NCBI RefSeq assembly: GCF_009914755.1
Contig: NC_060937.1
DNA from: the human T2T-CHM13v2.0 reference genome, Homo sapiens
Direction: 5' to 3' (one strand)
DNA length: 64,000 nt
Shown: positions 27,186-42,140 of the stretch, in pieces
Layout: every line of letters starts with the position of its first letter
Numbering within the stretch: the stretch's first letter is position 1
Made by a program: the position numbers and the translations under genes
Notes under the pieces: model-generated
The model's database searches: none
What the model was told of the DNA's origin: nothing
Seen by the model: only the letters and a program-made list of their open reading frames with translations

Positions 27186-28248
27186 AGTCATAAGTGGAAA
27201 GTGACACAATTATACTTGAGTTTTAGAAAAATCCCCCTAGCTCCAGTGAGAAGAATAAGATGGCAAGGACTATAAGAAGAGTGGGGAGAATAAAGACTGG
27301 ACCATCCCAGAGGCCTTTGCCTTGGCAGGGCATAAGGTGATGATGGTGGCAGTGGGATAATGATATGTGGGTGAATTCCAGAGACAGTTGATAGGCAGAA
27401 AGGAGAAGAAAAGACTGATTGACTATAGAGGAAGAGAGAGATTGAATATAATGGAAGGAGCATGGGAAACTGGGTGGTAGAGAGTAGTAACATTCAATGA
27501 GATGAGGAATTCAGGAGGAGTGGTTTGGACAAGAGGATTATGAATTTAAGAAATGCTACCTTTGTTCATTTCCATAGAATCTCTATTGGGCTGCTGTTCT
27601 CATCACTCTTCTGAAACTGGACTCTACTCAGTCTTCAATGTCCTTGTTTTTATGCAATATTTGACACTGTTAACAATCCTTTCCTTTTCCAATTTCTCTT
27701 CTCCATGAACAGTTATTCATATTTAAGTGAAAAATAAACAAGTCTATTTTGAAATTCCAATAATAATCTCCAGTGTCTAAAACTGAACTCATCATTCATT
27801 TGACAAAGAAGCTGCCCCTAGCCCATCTCTTCCTTCATTCTGCCAAGAGTGGACTACACCCCCAGGATGGTCCAGAGTACTCCTTGAGTCCTACTTTTTT
27901 TTTTTTTTTTTTTGCAATTCCCACATGTGGTCAAAGTTTCATTTATTTTTCCCTCATAGTATTTCTCGGTTTTGTTCTTTCTTTGCCACTTTTGCCTTAT
28001 CACATTTGGATTAGCTTCCTGATTTCCCTGTTTTTTTTTGTCTCAGTGCTCCTCTCTCCATCCTGCATAGCAGCACCACATGACTCTTCATAAGGCTACA
28101 GTTCTCTCCCTTCATTCTCCTGCTCCCTGTGCATCTGAAGTTACTCATTGCTGCTAGAAAAATGTCCAAACTTTGGCTCAATCCATCTTCCAAGCCTCAG
28201 AGCAACAACGTAAGCCCTCTAGTGTCTTCAGGCTGGCCTGTCCTTGAC

Positions 28249-28497
28249 CCTCTGGAAGCCTCACACATTTCTCATTATGCCTGTGAGATTTTTGTGCTCA
28301 CTCTCCCTGCCTGTCTCTCCACTCCCCTTGTCTATAAATCTGAATCACTCTCCTAGAACCAAGAACAGAACCAACTACATAATTTGTGGCCCCCAGTGCA
28401 AAATAAAAATGTGGAGTCCTTTGTTTAAAAATTAGGAATTTTTAGACAGTGACAGCAGAGCATTAAACCAAGTGTGAAGCCCTTCTGGGCACAGGCT
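28249..28497 (+). repeat. Donor copy of local inverted duplication (includes a MER91-like hAT fragment at ~28372-28510)
   Basis: Reverse complement of 29107-29355. The MER91-like part reads ataatttgtggcccccagtgcaaaataaaaatgtgg...gacagcagagcattaaaccaag. Confidence 0.9.
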
Positions 28498-28887
28498 AGG
28501 AGGCTAGCCTGACCAAGAATCTTCCCGTGACCACCAATCTATCCTTTCCTCTCCCGCTAAAGCCTATAGTACTTTTTATAAGACATTCTTGACACTTATT
28601 GCATGCCACATTTGTCAACTAATCTTTATGACTATATATCTCTATGTGTTTGTTGCATTTTTATTCATTCCTCAAGCTCTTATTAGGATCATACCATGTA
28701 CCAGGTACTCAGAAAACAAACCTAAAAGACTCAGTCATATAAATTTGGGAAGTTTGCAATCAGGGAGGTTGCCAAACATAATTATAATACCTTGTGATAA
28801 ACTCTGATAGAAAGATGCATATGGTACCAAAAGCAAAATGACAGTAAGGTGCCAGGTAGGAAGGCATCTTAGAAGAAGTATAGCTTT

Positions 28888-29972
28888 AATCACAATGAGA
28901 TACCATCTCACCCCTGTTAGGATGGCTATTATCAAAAGGATAGAAGGTAAGCATTGGCAAGGATATGGAGAAAAAAGGAAACCTTGTACACTGTTGGTGG
29001 GGATTCAGTGCAAATTAGTATAGCCATTCTGGAGAATATGGAGGTTCCTCAAAAAATTAAAAGTAGAACTACCATATAATCCAGCCGCCTGTGCAGTCTC
29101 ACACAGGCCTGTGCCCAGAAGGCCTCCACACTTGGTTTAATGCTCTGCTGTCGCTGTCTAAAAATTCTTCATTTTTAAACAAAGGACTCCACAATTTTAT
29201 TTTGCACTGAGGGCCACAAATTATGTAGTTGGTTCTGTTCTTGGTTCTAGGAGAATGATTCAGATTTATAGACAAGGGGAGTGCAGAGACAGGCAGCGAG
29301 AGGGAGTGCAAAAATCTCAAAGGCTTAATGAGAAATGTGCCAGGCATGGCAGAGGCATATACCCAAAGGAAATGCACTCAGAACAGATACCTGCACTCCC
29401 ATGTTCACTGCAGCATTATTCATGACAGCCAAGATGTGACATCAGTCTAAGTATCCAGCATCACATGAATGAATAAAGAAAATGTGGTCTCTATACACAA
29501 TGGAATACTATTCAGCTTTAAAAGAGAAGGAAATTTTGTCATGTGTGACATCATAGATTAATCAGGGGGACATTATGCTAAGTAAAATAAGCCTGGCACA
29601 GAAAGACAAATACTGCCTAATCTCACTTTTATGTGAAATCTTAAAAAGTTGACTTATAGAAGCAGGGAGTAGTTGAGCAATGGGGGGAGGGTAAGAAAAA
29701 CGGGAAGATGTTGGTCATAGAGTACAAAATTTCAGTTAGACAGGAGGAATAACTCCTAGAGACCTATTGTACAAAAGGGTAACTATAGTTAATGTACTAT
29801 ATCCTTGAAAATTGCTAAGGGAGATTTTAAATATTCTCACGGGAAAAAAAAAAGTATATGAGGGGATAGGTAAGTTAATTAGCTTAGTTTAATTATTCCG
29901 CAATGTATACATACATTAAAACATCACACTGTATACCATAAATATATATTCTTTTATTTGTCAGTTAAAAAC
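28888..29972 (+). mobile_element. L1MA (L1MA7/8-like) 3' fragment interrupted by an inverted insertion
   Basis: End of ORF2 (cacaatgagataccatctcacccctgttaggatggc) and 3' UTR (caaaatttcagttagacaggaggaataa...aaacatcacactgtatacc). Broken at ccatataatccagc | catatacccaaagg. Confidence 0.88.
29086..29355 (-). repeat. Inverted templated copy of 28249-28497 inserted in L1
   Basis: By-eye alignment gives about 15 mismatches in ~233 nt against the donor. ORF-track peptides 28244-28435(+) and 29099-29377(-) are near-identical over their shared portion. Confidence 0.92.
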
Positions 29973-30298
29973 GAAAATGATGTATAGCTGGGCCTTGAGA
30001 AATATATAGAAGCTGGCCAGATAAAGGAGGGAGAAAAGTGATGAAGGCCATTTCGAACAGAGGGGCCAGCATATATGAACAGAGCGGGATGCTATATACA
30101 TCTAACTGAAATGTCAGCTTCTGGAGTACAGGAATTGCACCCTTCCACAGCACCTAACATGGTGCGTTGCACATAGAGCAATTTCAATGCATATTTCATT
30201 AGTTGAGAAAGCAAGCTGATTCTATAAACAATATGGCGTTTTAACATTAAACCAAAGAGCTAAAGTAATTAGACATTTTAAATATATATCTAAAATTC

Positions 30299-30632
<334 letters not shown>

Positions 30633-31338
30633 CTAAGCACGATAGGTCTTCCAGAGAATTTATATACACAGCTGCCATATGAAGGTTGACTTTACATCTG
30701 TTTAATGCTAATTTGACTATTCCTTTCTGATAACAATGTAAGAAAAGTTAATTATAGTTATTATTTTCAGGTAGCTTAAGAAAGAAAGAGGGCTGTTCAT
30801 GACTTGCAATTTTTTTTCATAAAATGTCAAACACATAAAAATGTTGTCTCTGCAGTATTCCTATGTATTAAAAAGTGGAACTCAGCAAATGATGCAGGCT
30901 ACAACCATTTCAAAAGTAGAAAATTCACTTACCTGTAGCTTATAACAACTCCCTAGATATTTACTGACATTTTACAACCCATTTGCATTTACAGAGTCAT
31001 TGAAACAGATGCCAGTTGAAATTGATTGTGCTACTTACCTTCAGTTTCCTAAGCTGGAAATACAGTATTTCCTCAACTTTTGTAAGATATGATGCTGCTG
31101 CTGAGACAATGTTTGAGACTCTTCGAACCACCGAGAATACAAATATAGGAACAAAGGTTTTAAAATAAGCATACAGAAAATAAAAGAAAAAGAGTGTGAA
31201 CTAAGTAATTCAATGGGAGAGTAAAAACGTTAAGTCGTGAGCATTTTAACAATGCTCATGTTAAAAGGTGAAAAAAAAACACGAAAAAAACTGGTAAGAA
31301 AAATATTTGAGAGCATGATACGTAGAAAAAGCAAAAAA

Positions 31339-31650
<312 letters not shown>

Positions 31651-32625
31651 GTAAAACAAAAAGATATGGAATCATAAATCTTAGAGACAAACCCTAATTC
31701 CAGTATATACCAACAATCCTGGAGTAAGGCATTTTCCCTTTTCTCAGCTAAACTTGTCTGTACATTGAAAAAAAGACCACCTGTATCACAGGGTTACTTC
31801 TAAGAATACATGAGAAGATGATGTATGTGTTAATATACCTAACACAGAGGTCATAATTAGTGCCAAATTTTAGTTGAATCTGAATTTTATAAATTGTGAT
31901 TTATATAAAATGATTCATCATTTCATTTTGCCATCAAATTCATTCATTCAATCTTTTTGTACTAAGACTCAAGTAGGATTCATTTTGCATCTGTGGGATA
32001 TCCCATGCTGGGTGCCTTAATCCATCACATGTAATACTTCCAGCAAATCTAGGATATCCATAGGTGGCATTTTTCTCTATTGTAAGGTAAGGAAATTGAG
32101 GTCCAGATGAAAACTCTATCTTATTTGCAGCTGCAATATAAAAATATTTCTGGCAAAGTTCTCCATTCCTTAAATAGAGATATGAATCAGCTGGTAATTT
32201 TCTATAAACTAGGCCAAAGGATAGTCAACATAGCTCCAATGAATTCACATGACCGAACTTCCTTATTTCAATCACTCTTAGTACTTTTTATTAAGCAAGT
32301 ATTTACTGTATGTAAGAAAATGTTGAAGATGACACAAAACAAACATAGGTAAAAAGAATCAGGAAATTTGATCAGCAGAGAGTGAAACTATGAAATTGGC
32401 CATTTTAGGTTAGTTTGGTGGCAGAAAAATGGAATGGAGGGGACGTGGCTGGAAACAAGAAGGGTTAGGAAACCATGGCTGTGGACAAGGTTTGGGGCAA
32501 TGACCGCTAGGCCTGGGATGGTAGCAAGGGGCATGGGGAGCAAGAGGCAAACATAAGAGATATTTCAGAGGCTACTGAGGGTAAATGAGAAGGACAAGTC
32601 AAGGATAATTTTGAGGTTAATTATC

Positions 32626-33053
32626 TGCTATTGGATGCTTGGATGTTTGTCCCCTTAAGCTCATATTGAAATTTGATCTCCAATGTGGAAGGTAAAGCTT
32701 AATGTGAGGTGGGAGGTGTCTAGGTCATGGGGGTGGATCCCTCATGAATGGCTTGGTACTACTGAGCAAGTGAGTGAGTGAGTCCTCGCTGTTGGTTCCC
32801 ATAATAACTGGTTGTTAAATAGAGTCTGGCACCTTACCCCTCTCTCTTGCTTCTGCTGTTGCTGTGTGATCTCTGCACACCAGCTCCCCTTTGCCTTCCG
32901 CCATGAGTGAAAGCAGCCTGGACCCTCACCACAAGCAGATGCTGGCACCATGCTTCTTGTACAGCCTGCTGAACCATGAGCCAAATGTGTCTGTTTCTTC
33001 ATAAATTGCCCAGCCTCAGGTATTCCTTTATAGCAACACAAATGGACCAAGAC
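32626..33053 (+). mobile_element. MaLR solo LTR (MSTB-like)
   Basis: ggtcatgggggtggatccctcatgaatggcttgg...gcagatgctggcaccatgcttcttgtacagcctgc...gcaacacaaatggaccaagaca. Confidence 0.9.
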
Positions 33054-36000
33054 ATCATCTAAAGAATTTAGAGAGTGGTGATGCCCTGGACAGAACTGTG
33101 GCATTTAGGGAAGATAAAGATGAAATCCAATGGATTACAATGAGGTTGAGGCAACACTGAAGAAGCTCAGGAGAGCTGGCCTGTGGATAATGCAAGGTAT
33201 GTATCCAGAGCTTAGTGCTAGGTCAGGGCAGAAGATATAGATTGGAGCCTCATTAGCATGGAGATGACTACAACTGTAGGAAAGAGTTAACTGTCTAGGA
33301 GGACGCATTGGATGCAAATGAGAAGAAGTTTAAAAACTGACATCTAAAATTAAGAGGGGAAAAAAGAAGAAAGGCCCATTTAATCAATTTTTGGTGTGCA
33401 CCTTAATGGAATGTATTTCAATAATAAAGGACTACCTTTTATTCCTGTTTTTCTGTGCCCAATAAAAGATAAGTATCAATAAAGGAGGAGGTACGAGCAC
33501 TATACATTATGTTTATTTTAAGAAAAATAATATTCACAGCAAGAAAATCATGGCTAAAAATAAAGTCCCTTGAATATCAATAACCCATTTCCAATTTACC
33601 AGTGTGTAAGATCTGCTTCTATCATCCAAACTCTGGAAATGTCCAGCAAATCTGAGAACTTGCTTCTGCCTGCAATGACTACAGCCTCTAAATTCATACA
33701 TTCCTTTCCTCATTCATCCTACTTTTCACAAGCTACTCACTCAGCCAAACTTTGACAACAGAGAGGCGCAGCAGGCAGACATACTCTCTGCTCTGGTGGA
33801 ATTCATAGTCTAGCCTTGGACAATCTGCATCCCACCTCTTTCCTATACAAAGTTATCAGGATTGAACCTCAGTGACATTTAACTAGTTCTACTTGTCTTT
33901 CCTATTGTCCTTTGGCTATGTACCTTTTATAGATGAAGGCAGGGTGCCTGTTAATCAGCAGAGGGAGGTCTTCTTTTAGACGAATTATGAGGTAACCACA
34001 AAAGGTGATAAATATAAGTGCAAGTGGCCACACATTTTAACCCAACTGATTGAGGGGCTCCCACGACCACTCTACAGGGCTGTGTCAGTAGTCTACACAG
34101 CAGAGGGTTTCAGACTTATGAAGGCCGCCTACTCCCTTATGAACTCCAGTCAAAGGAATGAGACCATAGGAGGGAAAGGGATCCTCTCACCACATCTCCC
34201 CTCTCATTGCTCTTTCCTGTCTAAATCAAGGGAAAGGAAGGATAAGGGAAGAGAAACAAAATACATTTTTTAATTTAAAAAAAAGTACCAGAATGAATAA
34301 AACAGGGGCTTTCCAAAACTGCTTTTGGTAGATTTAGCAAACCTACTGAACTTAGAAACTTTCATTTTATAATTGTCCGGAGATAGAAAGCAGTGCTTCC
34401 GAATAAGTGGATAACTCTGCCGGTCCCAGTAGGTGCCATTGGTGAGCACACAGGGTTGCTTAAGTCTCTAAGTCATTTCCCTGACTGTGGTTTGAATCAA
34501 TGTCAAATATCTACAGGGGTCAGGCAGGTAACTCAATGAAGTGAAACAGGTTGCACAGATGTCACAGGGATTGCCACACACGGGAAAATGTAAGTCTTAT
34601 CTAAAGGTAGCAGCAGAAAGAATGTAGGCTTAAGAGAAACCAGAAATCTGGATTTTTACATAAAAAGTTGTCTGATTTTTAATATACTGGCAACATTTTT
34701 TCAATTAAATATCATGTTGGCTAATCTGTAACTGACTCATCTAGACATCACTAATTTACAACTTCTGGTCTGTGGCAAGTTTGCAATGTTTGTACAGAAA
34801 CATGGAAGTCACTGCAGGGTTAGAAACATAACTTCAGCATTTACAAAGAGTGCAAAAGACTTAAGAATGCTGAAAGAACATAAAGAAGGGGCATACAATT
34901 ATAATTATGTGTTTAAAACAGAGATCTTTTAAACACATAAAAATGGTGATGAAATGAGTATTACTGGTGCATATGGAGTGAATTGGTTGAGCAGTAACAA
35001 TAACACTGAGAGACTGATAATAAATCATGCAAAATGTTGAAATGGGCTTGATCTATGCAATCATCATCATTAGCTAGGAACTAGGAAGAAATCTTTGGTG
35101 TGGTAAATATTGGATGGCTAATGTTAATTTAGAAGAAGTCTAGGAATTTTGAGTAACGTATCATGGTGAATTGCTGCTAAAAGTTGTCGCAAGGCCTGGA
35201 TGATTCCATTGGTTCAATGCCTGCTTCACCAAAATTTGTATTGGGGTTCCAGTGCAGATTCATTCATCCATTCATTCATTTGTTCAACAAATACTTGAGT
35301 ACTTACTTTATCTCAGGTACTTTTAGAGGCACTGGAGATACAAATGCATAAATAAGACATTAGTTCCTAACCTTATGGAATTGACATTCCAGTTGAGAGA
35401 GACAGACGATATTTAAGATAACTAAGTACATATTAGATAGTAATAAGTCTTAGGGAGAAAAAAATTAAAGCGCAGAAGGGGAATGTAAGTCTATGTGTGT
35501 GTATGCATTCAGGGTTGAGGGTGGTGTGGAATTAAAATTCTTAATGACGTTACCAGGAAAGGCCTTTCTGAGAAAGTGACATTTGAACAAAAACATGAGG
35601 GAGGTAAGGGCAGACAGTGAGGGAGTGCAAGTGGAGCAAGCCCTGAAGATATCAGGGGTAAGAGAATTCCCGGCAGAAGGAATAAGCGCAAAGGCCCCGA
35701 GGGAAGAGTGTGTGTTTCATTTTCAAGGCCAATGCGAAGAGGCAAAAGAGGGGTAGAGTAGTAGCAGATAAGGTCAGAGAGGCCTGATCACACAGGGCGT
35801 TGCCTTTTACAGCAGAGGAGGCAAGAAGCTATTGCAGGGAGGGTGGTCTCATCAACAGAGTTACAAGATCTGATACACATTTTTAAAAAGATCTTTCTAA
35901 CTGCTGTGTCATGATTAAACCAAAGAAGGGCAATGTCAGATGCAGTGAGACAAATTGGGAGGCTGTTGCAATAATCTAGGTGAGAGATGATGTGGCTTGG

Positions 36001-36352
36001 ACCAAACTCTTAGCAGAGGAGACAAAAGTTGTCAGATTCTGTGTACATTGTGACAGTAGAGCTGATAGGATTTGCTGACAGATTCTTTGTGGCACATGAG
36101 AAAGTGAAGAGGTAAGTATGAATCTAAGGCCTTTGGCCTGAACTGCTAGAAGGATGGAGTTGCCATTAACTGACATGGAGAAGACGGGATGAAAATCAGG
36201 CCTGGGGATGGAGAATTGCAGAAGCTCAATTTTAGACCTGTTTATCCTATTAGGGTTCCAATCAGGAGATCTGAGTAGACAGTTGGATATAGGTGTCTGC
36301 AGGTCTCACTGTAGATACTAAGTTGAAGTCATCAGCATATCAATGGTATTTA

Positions 36353-36880
<528 letters not shown>

Positions 36881-37407
36881 AGAGATAAACTCCAAATTCT
36901 GGGGCATTCCAACATAAGAGGTTAGGAAATTAAAGAGGAACCACCAAAGGATACTAAGAAGAAGTTTTCAGAGAGGCAGGAGATAAATCAGGTGATTGTG
37001 ATGACTTAGAGGCCTAATGAAGACTGATCTGTAGGGGAGGAGAGGGAGCCGCTCTGAAGAGCTGCTGATAGGCCATGTAAGAGGATGGAGAACCAACTGA
37101 CCACAGAAGGCGCAAACATGGAGGCCACTAGGAATCGTGTAAAGATAGTTTGATGGAAGAGTGAAGCTAAAGTCCCACTGGAACGGTTTCCCAAAAGAAT
37201 GAGAGGGGAGAAATTGGAGACAGTAATTGTAAACAATTTCAGAAGATTTATTGTAAAAGGAAGAAGAGAAATGTTGAAGCTGGCTGAAAGGGGAAGTGGG
37301 CTCAAGAGTTGTTTTTCTTTTTTAAGAAGAAAGAAATAGTAGCATATTTCTATGATTCCGGGAATTACCCAGCAGCAGAGAGAAAGGGTTGGGGTGGGGA
37401 TGGAGAA

Positions 37408-37413
37408 AGAGAG

Positions 37414-37450
<37 letters not shown>
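37408..37450. repeat. (GA)n microsatellite
   Basis: Direct reading. Confidence 0.95.
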
Positions 37451-37453
<3 letters not shown>

Positions 37454-37784
37454 GCGGGAGCAATTTTCTTGAATAGATGAGAGGATAAGATCTACTAAAC
37501 AAGTGGAGGACTTGACCCTGGCTAGCTGCAGAGACAGCTTATCCACAAGGGCAGGAGAGAAAGCACAGTAAAGGGTCGCAGGTGCTGGGAGGTGCACCTG
37601 GGGAAATTCTTCTAATTGCCCCTATTTTCACAATGAGTGAGGCTGGGGAAGGAGCTACACAAGGGCTGTAGTGAAAGGAGAGTGTCTGAAATATTGTTTA
37701 GGAGTTTGGAAGAATGAATGCTTTGGGGAAGATGGTATAATGGCTGAGTAATATTCAAGGCTAGTGATGATCAGTTTAAAAATA

Positions 37785-38335
37785 TTTTTCTTTTAATTAA
37801 CTTTTAATTTTGAAATAATTTCAGAATTATAAAAAAGGTGGAAAAATAGTTAAAAGAATTCCCATATACCCTTCACCCAACTTTCCCAAATATTAGCATC
37901 TTAACATTAATACAGTACCATAGTATAATTATCAATATTGGGAAATTATCATTGATCCACCATTATTAACTAAACTACAGACCTTTTTCAACTTTGATAG
38001 ATTATCCTATTAGTAAGTATCCTTTTTCTGGACTAGGATCCAATCCAGATCTCACATTCCATTTAGTTGTGATATCTCCTTAGCCTCCATTAATCTGGGA
38101 CAGTTCTTCAATCTGTCTTTCATCATCGTGACACTTTCGAAAAAGTCCATCATAGACTGTCCCTCAGTGTGGGCTTGTCTGTTTCCTCACAATTTAATTC
38201 AGGTATGTATTTTTGGCAAGAGTAACACATTAGTGATGTTGTTCTCTCTCAGCACATCATATTGTGGGGTACATGATGTCTGCAGGGGCCCCCCCACTGT
38301 AAAGTTACTATTTTTCCCTTTGTAATTAAAAAGTA
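37785..38335 (-). mobile_element. Old L1 (L1MC/ME) 3' fragment
   Basis: ttttaattttgaaataatttcaga...cccatatacccttcacccaa...ctccattaatctgggacagttc. Confidence 0.75.
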
Positions 38336-38342
38336 GTTGACT

Positions 38343-38659
<317 letters not shown>

Positions 38660-39484
38660 TTAAAATAAGGGCATTCCAAGTGGGCTTTCTCCCACCCTGT
38701 TCAGTTCCACTGGTGTAGGTATTGAGTAAGTGGAGAGTTGATTTAATATTGTGGTTTATCAAGTGAGCACCTTAAAGCGTAACCTAAAACAGTTGCAGAT
38801 GTCATTCAAGAGGAGGGTTAACTGCCTCAATAGATTTTTGATGTAGACCAAAACAATCAATTATATTAATAGAAAGAATGTCTGATAGATTTTATATGAT
38901 CTCAAAGGCGGAAAACAGACCTGATTTTAAAGTTTCACAGGACTAACTTTTATACCCATCTTTAGTGGAAATGCTTCTGGGGACCTCTAAGAAATACTCC
39001 TTAATCTGTTTTAGTCACTAAGGATTTATACACAAATGTATTGGAAAATAGCCTTCTGAAATTTAACATGTCCATAAGTAAGGAGGTTCTAGATTTGGAG
39101 GTTCTAGATTTTCATTAATGCATCCAATAAATCCTTATTGAACCAATATCTGGACCAAAACCTGAACACCTGGTGTGTGCTACAAGTGATAGAGAAAATT
39201 AAAAATATGTCAAGTGTCTAATTAAAACATCCCAGGAACTCTGAAAAGTCAGAAAGCGGAAATATGATTAATTATTCTGAACTTCTGACATAGGAGATGA
39301 GCCTAACTAAGCATTTTTCTTACAATAAGATCTAAAACTACTCTGTGGCTTTAGCTGTGTACTCTCAAAGAAATGTAGAGAATAGAGGCCTGAGGTGAGA
39401 CAGGAAATACACTAGACCACAAGTCAAGAGATCTTGAATCTAAATTTGATTGGGTGGCAACTTGTGTGTCCAAGTCAAGTTGGG

Positions 39485-39720
39485 ATAGCAAAGTGGGTAA
39501 GAGCTCATTCTGTGGAGTTACAAAGGCCTGGGTCCCAAATCTAGTCCCTGGGTTTATGGTCTTCTTAATCTATCTAAGCCTCAGTATCCTTATTAGCAGA
39601 CAGGAAAAGTAAATAGCACTTACATCATAGCCTAGTTGCGAGGCATAAATGAAGAAATGCATGGAGAGTACTTAGTATAATGACTAACACACAGCATACG
39701 TTCTAAAAGTGCTAGTACTA
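39485..39720 (+). mobile_element. MIR
   Basis: cttaatctatctaagcctcagtatccttattagcaga...aaatgaagaaatgcatggagagtacttag. Confidence 0.7.
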
Positions 39721-40449
39721 ATATTTAATCATTTTTATTACTATAATTAATGATTAGTCACCCTTCTGTGCTTAATTTTCCATATCTGTAGAGTGAGGAG
39801 AATCAACTAGACTAGAACTTCTCTAGCATGAATACATACATGAAAAAACTATCCCAGACTTCCAGAGTTGTCTTTACCTATTTCTGTTACATAAGCAAAC
39901 AGCAAACTTGGGGTAAGCTGCTAGTGCAGTTAGATCATAACTATAAATCCAAATAAGCTTAAAATTAAGTTCAAAACACACAGGAAAATCACACTAAGAT
40001 TTCTAATGAGGTTAGTAGTGACTTTCTGGAATTAAATTCATGCTTTGCCCTGTGAACCTGGTGCTGACCCCCGAGGCCCAGGGTGGTCTGCGTTCACTGC
40101 CCTGTTACCTACCGTGCATTTTGCAGCAGTTCAATTCCTCTGCTTTGCTTTCTTTGAACTACTGCTATCTCCGGTGATGTCATTTGGCCTTCACTTTGCA
40201 CAACTCATTATTCTGTCAGAGCTGGATCTTTCCTCATTCGCCCTTGAAAATTAAGAGAATAACTTGGCCTCAATTCCAGATTCATCTCTTAATGCAGATC
40301 CTGTAGCTTTCCTGCTCTAAATCTTCCAGTAGCTCTCCACTGCCTGTCAATATCCTAATATTTAAGATCCTCTCAGACTTACATTCCTAGCCTGACCTAC
40401 CCAACTTCTTCTCTAGTCAAACTGGAATATCTACTAAGCGCCCCTTTAG

Positions 40450-40860
40450 AATTTTTTAAGATTTCCTTTGTGGCCCATCTTGGTAAATATTTCAAGTATA
40501 CTGAAGGGGAATGTGTGTTCTTTATTTATTGGATACAGGGATCTATATATCGATCAGATCAAGTGTATTACTTGGTTTATTGAAATCTCCCATATCCTTA
40601 GGAATCTTTTGCTTGCTTGAGCTTTTATTTTCTAAGAGACGTGCTTTTTTTAAAAAAAGGTTCTCATTTTAGAGGTAGATTTATCAATAGCTCCTTGTCA
40701 TTTTGTCCATTGTTGTTTCTGGTATTTAGAAGTTATGCAGTTAAGTGCAGACAGTCATATGCTGGCACATCACCTTGATGAATCATTTCTTTGTATCCTT
40801 AAAAAATAAGCCTATTAGAGTCTACTTTGTCCAGTATTAATATATTGTTTGCCTAGCCTA
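40450..40860 (-). mobile_element. Old L1 ORF2 fragment
   Basis: gggaatgtgtgttctttatttattggatacag...ttagagtctactttgtccagtattaatat. Confidence 0.55.
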
Positions 40861-41487
40861 TGGTCAGCTTCCTTGATATGCTGTGGGCTAGAGAATGGAT
40901 TCTCTAGTCCCTGTTTCAGAGAAAGGGTCTCAATTTTGAGGCTCTCAGATTTATGCAGGCTGTTTTATTTCAGTTCTCTGCTTGCTGCAGACTAGGGAGT
41001 TCATCTCCACTTCCCATGTAGGTAGGACAATCCCAGTTCCCCACCCCTAAAAATCAGACCCCCCGTGGACCACCAGGACTTCATCTCCAGCTCACTTCGC
41101 TGACATTAAGTTCTTTTTCTTCTCCCAACATCAGGGATTTCCTTTTCTGTTCATCTCAGCTACATATTTTATCTGGCATTCCTATGTATTTTGGGTGGAC
41201 AAGAGGCCATCCACATCAGCACTACTGGTCACATAGACTGAAAATGCTAGCATTGATTTCTAACTAACTAAACAAACTATACATGCTTGAATGTAAAATG
41301 ACTTTGTTTACATTATATATATATATATGTATGTATATGTGTGTATGTATATAAAGAGCACAAGAACCATTTTAGAGTGATTTAGCAACAAATCAGTTAT
41401 ATGTCACAAATCAGTAATATGTAACAGTAATGAGTATGGTACTACCTTTATACAATCAACTTTTGAATTATCATTGAGAAAAAATAG

Positions 41488-41730
41488 TAGTTGACATTTA
41501 TTGAACATTTTCAGTGATCCAGGAACTGTGTTGAAGCATTTTCAGGATTTTCTCATTTAATTTTCACAACTCTGTTTGGGGTAGGTGCCATTATTGCCTC
41601 AATTTTACAGATGTGGAAACTAAGACTTAAAGGGTTAACTTGACCAAAGTCATATAACTGGTAAATGGTGCTGTCATATTCAAACCAGGTCTATCTAACT
41701 TTAGGGCTCACATATGTAACCACTTCATAT
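41488..41730 (-). mobile_element. MIR
   Basis: gtaggtgccattattgcctcaattttacagatgtggaaactaagacttaaagggttaacttgaccaaagtcat. Confidence 0.85.
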
Positions 41731-41824
41731 TTCATCTTACACAGCTTCAGTAGGCAAACGGGGCATATTGAGTATCCATAGTATCTCTTTAAAATCATTA
41801 GGGATCTCTTAAAAATCATACAGG

Positions 41825-42140
41825 GGCCAGGCATGGTGGCTCATGCCTGTAATTCCAGCACTTTGGGAGGCTGGGGTAGGCAGCTCGCTCTAGCCCAGGA
41901 GTTTGAGACCAGCCTGGGCAACATGTCAAAACCCCGTGTCCACAAAAACTTTTTAAAAAATTAGCCTGGTGTGGTGGCATGCGCTATAGTCCCAGCTACT
42001 CAGAAGGCTGAGGTGGGAAGATTGCTTAAGCCCAGGAGGTCAAGGCTGCAGTGAGCTATGATCATCCTACTGCATTCCAGCCTGGGCAACAGAGCAACAC
42101 CTGTCTCAAAAAAAAAAAAAAATTAAAATTAAAAAAAAAA
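41825..42140 (+). mobile_element. AluJ
   Basis: J-type gcccaggagtttgagaccagcctgggcaac and aagcccaggaggtcaaggctgcag. Confidence 0.93.

Noticed and set aside
39082-39111. Perfect 15-bp direct duplication ggaggttctagattt (similar short duplications near 45232-45260, 50131-50160 and 59196-59230)
   Set aside because: Ordinary slippage duplications with only two copies; no spacer structure, so not CRISPR-like.
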